In this document: piece by piece, positions 58,970 to 64,000 of the stretch
Numbering within the stretch: the first letter of the stretch is position 1
How the letters are laid out: each line of letters starts with the position of its first letter
Source: Bacillota bacterium
Lineage (GTDB): Bacteria > Bacillota > DULZ01
Direction: 5' to 3'
Length of the DNA: 64,000 nucleotides
Assembly (NCBI GenBank): GCA_041655595.1
Contig: JBBAFB010000002.1
Coordinates: 1 to 64,000 of the forward strand
Program-made: the position numbers and the translations under genes
Notes under the pieces: model-generated
Databases searched by the model: none
The model's input: only the letters and a program-made list of their open reading frames with translations
What the model was told of the DNA's origin: nothing

Positions 58970-59422
58970 ATGCAATTGGATACCAGTCGTTTTGGGCAAA
59001 TACAATATGGTGTTGAGGAGTTAACCGTCTTTAGGGAAGGTTTGCTAGGCTTTGAGCATTTGAAAAATTTTCTTTTAATTCCCTTTGAGGGAAATCCGGC
59101 CTTTTTTTGGTTGCAATCTGTTGAGGATGGGCGGATCGCTTTTTTGATTACGGACCCTTTTTGGTTTTTTCCCGACTATGGCTTGGAAATAGATGAGGAG
59201 CTTAAAGGGAACTTGCAAATAACTGAAAGGAAACAGGTAGTTGTTTATACTATTTGTACCGTGCCGGGCACCAATATTAAAGCTATGACCGCAAACTTGG
59301 TAGGCCCCTTAGTAATTAATGTAGATAACCGTCAAGGTGCCCAATATATTTTAAACGATTATAAATATCATACCAAGCACAACTTGTTTCAAGAAACCCC
59401 TGAAACGGGGGTTGGTAGCTAA
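58970..59422 (+). CDS. fliW: flagellar assembly factor FliW
   Basis: FREGLLGFEH...FFWLQSVEDGRIAFLITDP. Immediately precedes csrA. Confidence 0.85.
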   Translation: MQLDTSRFGQIQYGVEELTVFREGLLGFEHLKNFLLIPFEGNPAFFWLQSVEDGRIAFLITDPFWFFPDYGLEIDEELKGNLQITERKQVVVYTICTVPGTNIKAMTANLVGPLVINVDNRQGAQYILNDYKYHTKHNLFQETPETGVGS

Positions 59423-59423
59423 A

Positions 59424-59654
59424 ATGCTGGTACTTACCCGGAAAATTAACGAAACTTTAATTATTGATAATCAGATAAAAATAACGGTAGCCGCAGTTGA
59501 AGGAGATAAGGTTAAATTAGCTATTGATGCTCCGAAAAACATTCCCGTTTTGAGGCAAGAGATTTTTGAGGCAGTTAAAGAGGCTAATGAAGCAGCCGTT
59601 AATGTTATGATGGATTTGGAAGGATTGTCCCAATTAAAGGATTTGCTTCCTTAG
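59424..59654 (+). CDS. csrA: carbon storage regulator CsrA
   Basis: MLVLTRKINETLIIDNQIKITV...GDKVKLAIDAPKNIPVLRQEI. Confidence 0.9.
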   Translation: MLVLTRKINETLIIDNQIKITVAAVEGDKVKLAIDAPKNIPVLRQEIFEAVKEANEAAVNVMMDLEGLSQLKDLLP

Positions 59655-59749
59655 ACCGGGTTTGAGCAAGGTCCGTTAAGTAAGGCTGCCATAAGGGAAG
59701 CCTTATTATGCTTTTATACATAAATTTTTCTTTCAGGGGGAGGATTAGC

Positions 59750-62700
59750 TTGTTAAAACCAAAAGCTGTTGTTTTTTTCTTATTATTCGCTTTCATCTTT
59801 GGTTTTGGCCTTCTGCAAGCGGGAGTTCTGTTTGCGGAGGAAGAACCGGAAGAGCCGGTAGAGGAGCCTAATCCCCCGAGAATTGAATCTATTAACCCCA
59901 ACTTCGGACAAGCAGGGGATCTAATCACCATCACTGGTAGGTATTTGAAAGATGTAGTCAGCATTAGAATTGGGAACATAACCGTTACCGAAGGTGATGT
60001 TAATTGGAGAACACCCAGTGCTACCGCCGTTGGCTTAGTAATCCCGGATGGCCTTACAGGAGTTGTTGAAATTGAAATCATAAGCAGGGATGGCCACCAA
60101 GCAAAGCTGGAAAGTGCCTTTACTTTTTCTGGGGAGATAGACCCTGTTGTTAGCAGCATTAGCCCAAACATTGGCGGCTTGAGTGGAGGCACCTCTGTTA
60201 CTATTAGTGGAGAAAATTTCAAGCAAAATATTGGCCCGGATGGTAACCCGGTGTTGCCTCAGGTAAGGTTCGGGGAGGTAATGGCCAGGTCGGTCTCTCT
60301 CTTCAATACCAGGGAAATTACGGCCATTACTCCCGGGGCAATAGCGGAAGGCAAGGTTGATGTTTGGCTCAAAAACCCGGTGGAAGGGGCTGAATGGGTC
60401 AAAACAGATCTCGAATTTGAATATGTAAACGAGGGTAAATTGGCCAGAATCTTAAATATTACTCCTAATAGCGGCACCATGCTCGGCGGCACTGAAATAA
60501 CTGTCCAAGGGGTGAACTTCCCGGCCAGCTTGGAAGAAGCAGCAGTAGATCTGTTGATTGGGCGGGTGCCTGTAGAGCGTGGCTCCATAGAAATAGAGCC
60601 CTATGGCTTTTATGATGAGGATGGGAACTTTGTTCAATATTTCGAGGAAGGAAACCCGATCTATATTATTAATGCCAGAACTGACCAGTCCCAGTTATCC
60701 GGCGAACAAGATGTGGAGCTATTAATTGACTGGACAGAGGGCCCGAAGGCAGGCAGGAGCGAGATTGCCCTTTTTGAGAAAGGGTTTACCTACTACTATC
60801 CCAGCACCAAACCGGTAATAGAAAGGGTAGTTAATATTGTAACCCAAAAGGATGTTGGCCCGGTTGGCGGCGGGCATGAGATAGAAATACGGGGTAGCGA
60901 TTTTAGATCCGGCGCCAAGGTTTTTTTTGGTGACAAGGAAGCAAGAATTATCGGATCAGTTACCTTGAATTTAATTAGAGTAGAGTTGCCCCCCAGTGAT
61001 TTTTCTGGGCAAGTGGATGTCTTGGTTGTGAACTACATAGATGACTTTCCCACGGGCCAATTCTTATTTGAAAATGGGTTTACTTACAGAAGGACGGGTA
61101 TGGAGATATCATCTGTAACCCCGAAGGAAGTTTCCACCGTAGGTATTAGAAACTTTACTATCACAGGGCATAACTTTAATGAGGACATTAAAAGGTTAAC
61201 AAAGGTATATTTTGAGGTAGAAAAGCCCGACCCCATGCATCCCGGGGAAACATTCATAGACCAGGAACCTTTAACCATTATTTATTTTGACCCCCAGGCT
61301 GACGGTACTTTGTTGGTTGCAGAATCACCAACTAACCCATCCTCCGGTTTAAAGTACTTGGTAGTTGAAAACTCTTATGGCAGAGTTATTTCAAAGGAAC
61401 CGGTTTTGTTTTACCCGCCGGATATTAAGCCGGAAATCCACACAGTTACTCAAGCTGTTTACGAGGGGGATCAACCTCCTTCGCCAAGGGGCCCAACTGC
61501 AGGGGGGACCAGGTTTATCATTAACGGTAATTATCTGACCACCGGCACCAGGGTTTTCGTAGGGGATGTGGAGGCTGCTGTTGATGAGCGTTTGAGTGAT
61601 TTTACAAGGCTGGAGGTTGTTTCTCCTCCCGGGACTCCCGGTTGGAAGGATGTGCGGGTGCTTAGCCTAACCGGAAACACGGCTACTATGGAAGCAAATC
61701 CGGATGCCGAGGAAGGTTATAAGGGTTTTTATTACTATTCCGAACCTAAAATTAATAATGTCAGCCCAAATAGAGGCAGCATCCTGGGCGATAACATAAT
61801 TACAATTACCGGGGAGCAATTCTACCCCGGAGCTGTAGTTAATTTCGGTTACTTTGATGAGGCAAATAAATTTGTCTCTGTGACAGAGGAAGTCCGGGAA
61901 TTAATAGTTTTAGATAGCAAGACTATCAAGCTTCGGCTGCCCCAATTGAAAGAAGGTGAGATCCTAAGACCTGAGGGCTACCTGGTACAGGTAGTAAACA
62001 CTGATAACAGGTCTACCACCTGGGCTAAAAATTTTCAATACAGAATACCGGATTTGGAAAAGAAGATCAAAATTCACTCGGTGAATCCCGCTATCGGACA
62101 TGTAGATGGAGGGACAAAGGTTGCCATCAGGGGGGAAAACTTTCATCCGGATGCAGTCGTGCACTTTGGTTGGGAAAAAGCGGATATTCAGGCTATTAAT
62201 GATCGCGAAATAGTGGTTATTATTCCCCCCAATTTAGCCGGCGAATATGTGGTGACAGTCAGCAATTATGCGGATACCGGGACCGACACTTGGGAATCCT
62301 TTGAATACCTTGACCCCAGCAGTTTCCCAAAGATTATGGGTGTTTTCCCCGAAGTAGGTCCTGCCAAAGGCGGTACTAATATTATCATCACCGGCATTGG
62401 TTTTTGGAATGGAGCAAAGGTCTATATAGGCGGCCGAATTGCCGAAGATGTGGAAATTTATCATACCTATATTACGGCCAAGACTCCTGCCAGTGATAAG
62501 GCGGGGCCTGTTGATGTCATGGTAATTAATCCTGACGGAGGGGCAGATACCCTTTTTGATGGTTTTACTTATAAGTTTCCTGATAGCGAGCCTAAAATTA
62601 CTTCCGTGAACCCCAATAAAATACCTGCAACAGGTGGTTCCATCGTTACTATTAAGGGGGAAGATTTTAGAAAAGAAGTTGTTGTCTATTTTGGTACCGA

Positions 62701-64000
62701 AAAAGCCGAGATTTTGGAATTTATAGAGCCCGATACAATTATTGTTAAAGCCCCGCCCTATACCCTTGGAGAAGAAGGTATTGTGGATGTGACAGTTCTA
62801 AACCGGGACGGAGGTATTGCCCAATCCCTAGACGAGAGTCAGCAAATACACTACTATTCCGCAAAAAGCGAGCCGATTATTGATAGTATTACTCCGAAAA
62901 GAGGTCCGGCGGCAGGTGGCACCCGAGTAATAATTGAGGGGGATGGCTTTAGCAGCAAAGGTGTTAAAGTTTATTTTGGGGGTAGGGAAGCTACTTTGGC
63001 GGAGGATGCACCCCTGAGATACGACCGGTTGGAAGTCATCACTCCGCCGGGAGTACCGGGGTCGGTTGTTCATGTAACTGTGATGAATACCCATCAGGAT
63101 GCTTTAGGTAGTGCCACCCTTTCTAATGCCTATACCTATGATGCCTCAAAACCGGTTATTGACAGTATTGCCCCCAACCAGGCAACCTACTTAGGAGGTA
63201 CCTTAATTACTATTAGGGGATCAGGATTTACTAAAGCGGGAGCTGAGGTTTATATAGGTGAATGGCAAGGGGAGGAAGTAAGGGTGATTGATTCTGAAAC
63301 AATTACCTTTGTTACTGCCAGAATTGCGGAACGACCTGAGGATTTGACGGAGCTCAGGTGGTGGGATGTTAAGGTTATTAATGCAGATGGCATAGAAGTC
63401 GTTAAAGAAAAGGCTTTTAGATATTTATTTCCTGACAGCGAACCACGAATTATTTCCATTAGCCCGGAGGAAGGGTCAACCCTGGGAGGAATGCCGCTGA
63501 CTCTTATCGGGACAGATTTCAGGCAAAGGGCAAAAGTGGTTATCGGAGGAAAGGAAGCAGAAATTTTAAGCATTGATGACAGTCCGGGTGCAGGTAATGC
63601 TAAAATAATAGTCAAAACCCCCGCTCACACCCCGGGGGAAAAGGATGTAACCGTAATTAACTATGAAGGGGCAATCTCTAATTCAAAAACATTTACCTAT
63701 GTAACACCCCTTAGCTTTCCCGAAATTTTTGAGTTGGACCCAAAGTACGGTTCAACCCTCGGTGATACGGAAGTTATTATAACCGGTATCGGTTTTAAAG
63801 CGGGAGCTAAGGTGTGGTTCGGAATGTATGAAGCAGGTGAAGTTGAATTTATTGATTATAAAACTTTGAAAGTACTTACACCGCCGGGCAATGAGGGAAT
63901 GGCGGATGTGTTGGTACTAAATGAGGATATGGGTCAGGCGGTTCTGGAAAAAGGCTTTAGGTATGTTAAATCTAAAGAATTTGTGGTGAACAGCATTACT
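59750..64000 (+). CDS. very large secreted cell-surface protein made of tandem IPT/TIG (Ig-like) repeats (5' partial: runs off window end)
   Basis: TTG start after the SD GGGGGAGG, followed by a Sec signal peptide (KPKAVVFFLLFAFIFGFGLLQAGVLFAEEE). I hand-translated 61442-64000 with no stop. The unit I.SI.P..G...GGT.I.I.G..F......V.FG repeats every ~90 aa, at least 15 times. Absent from the ORF track because no stop falls inside the window. Confidence 0.8.
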   Translation, partial: MLKPKAVVFFLLFAFIFGFGLLQAGVLFAEEEPEEPVEEPNPPRIESINPNFGQAGDLITITGRYLKDVVSIRIGNITVTEGDVNWRTPSATAVGLVIPDGLTGVVEIEIISRDGHQAKLESAFTFSGEIDPVVSSISPNIGGLSGGTSVTISGENFKQNIGPDGNPVLPQVRFGEVMARSVSLFNTREITAITPGAIAEGKVDVWLKNPVEGAEWVKTDLEFEYVNEGKLARILNITPNSGTMLGGTEITVQGVNFPASLEEAAVDLLIGRVPVERGSIEIEPYGFYDEDGNFVQYFEEGNPIYIINARTDQSQLSGEQDVELLIDWTEGPKAGRSEIALFEKGFTYYYPSTKPVIERVVNIVTQKDVGPVGGGHEIEIRGSDFRSGAKVFFGDKEARIIGSVTLNLIRVELPPSDFSGQVDVLVVNYIDDFPTGQFLFENGFTYRRTGMEISSVTPKEVSTVGIRNFTITGHNFNEDIKRLTKVYFEVEKPDPMHPGETFIDQEPLTIIYFDPQADGTLLVAESPTNPSSGLKYLVVENSYGRVISKEPVLFYPPDIKPEIHTVTQAVYEGDQPPSPRGPTAGGTRFIINGNYLTTGTRVFVGDVEAAVDERLSDFTRLEVVSPPGTPGWKDVRVLSLTGNTATMEANPDAEEGYKGFYYYSEPKINNVSPNRGSILGDNIITITGEQFYPGAVVNFGYFDEANKFVSVTEEVRELIVLDSKTIKLRLPQLKEGEILRPEGYLVQVVNTDNRSTTWAKNFQYRIPDLEKKIKIHSVNPAIGHVDGGTKVAIRGENFHPDAVVHFGWEKADIQAINDREIVVIIPPNLAGEYVVTVSNYADTGTDTWESFEYLDPSSFPKIMGVFPEVGPAKGGTNIIITGIGFWNGAKVYIGGRIAEDVEIYHTYITAKTPASDKAGPVDVMVINPDGGADTLFDGFTYKFPDSEPKITSVNPNKIPATGGSIVTIKGEDFRKEVVVYFGTEKAEILEFIEPDTIIVKAPPYTLGEEGIVDVTVLNRDGGIAQSLDESQQIHYYSAKSEPIIDSITPKRGPAAGGTRVIIEGDGFSSKGVKVYFGGREATLAEDAPLRYDRLEVITPPGVPGSVVHVTVMNTHQDALGSATLSNAYTYDASKPVIDSIAPNQATYLGGTLITIRGSGFTKAGAEVYIGEWQGEEVRVIDSETITFVTARIAERPEDLTELRWWDVKVINADGIEVVKEKAFRYLFPDSEPRIISISPEEGSTLGGMPLTLIGTDFRQRAKVVIGGKEAEILSIDDSPGAGNAKIIVKTPAHTPGEKDVTVINYEGAISNSKTFTYVTPLSFPEIFELDPKYGSTLGDTEVIITGIGFKAGAKVWFGMYEAGEVEFIDYKTLKVLTPPGNEGMADVLVLNEDMGQAVLEKGFRYVKSKEFVVNSIT

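Noticed and set aside
59605-63615. Several minus-strand ORFs (59605-60222, 60259-60588, 61084-61278, 61964-62164, 62234-62464, 62828-63094, 63250-63615)
   Set aside because: All lie antisense to the long uninterrupted plus-strand IPT/TIG-repeat reading frame that runs to the window end. None has an SD and their composition is biased, so they are spurious.

Overview
This window looks like a chromosomal segment from a spore-forming, type-A-RNase-P Firmicute (Clostridia/Peptococcaceae-like). It is mostly conserved housekeeping and motility genes. Every call below comes from reading the translations and motifs by eye; no database search was run.

Gene order across the window:
- A dgt–phosphoesterase–YaiI–dnaG–rpoD macromolecular-synthesis block, followed by four tRNAs (Asn, Met/Ile2-CAT, Glu, Val) behind a consensus promoter.
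- trmK, a C4 zinc-ribbon (COG1579-like) protein, rnhA, and a DegS/DegU-like two-component pair.
- A minus-strand ECF sigma / zinc anti-sigma / TM2-like / DUF4097-like operon.
- A type-A RNase P RNA, on which the ORF track places spurious ORFs.
- A TetR-controlled SsuABC-type ABC transporter, with a MenA/UbiA-family prenyltransferase gene on the opposite strand between the permease and substrate-binding genes.
- A YfbR-like HD nucleotidase, an XRE regulator and a PAS-GGDEF-HD-GYP protein.
- A Trp T-box leader controlling a stand-alone trpBA pair, followed by a class II aldolase, a Cys/Met-family PLP enzyme and a MetH-activation-like protein.
- A Gly/Ser-rich protein next to two Coat-F-like genes, then a TrpB2 paralog.
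- A highly structured intergenic region (perfect 15-bp inverted repeat plus a heptamer microsatellite), two membrane proteins and a Ddl-like ATP-grasp.
- A zinc-ribbon/DUF2007 protein, a 29-aa membrane micropeptide, a CxxCH-containing sensor kinase with an OmpR-type regulator, DUF1540, and a split rubrerythrin.
- A fused yhaM–yhaO–yhaN–addB–addA DNA-end-processing cluster, then YigZ.
- A chemotaxis/flagellar block: FapA-like, cheW, cheA, cheB, a sigma-28 promoter, flgM, flgN, flgK, flgL, fliW, csrA.
- A very large secreted IPT/TIG-repeat protein sitting where flagellin normally lies. It runs off the window end, so it is absent from the ORF track.

The observations most worth follow-up are the giant IPT/TIG protein in the hag slot with a CsrA-site-like leader, a shared 14-bp palindrome at two promoters of the TetR/ABC locus, the repeat-rich intergenic region at 28.8–29.1 kb, a GAAGATGAC tandem array between convergent genes, and the heme-motif sensor kinase module.
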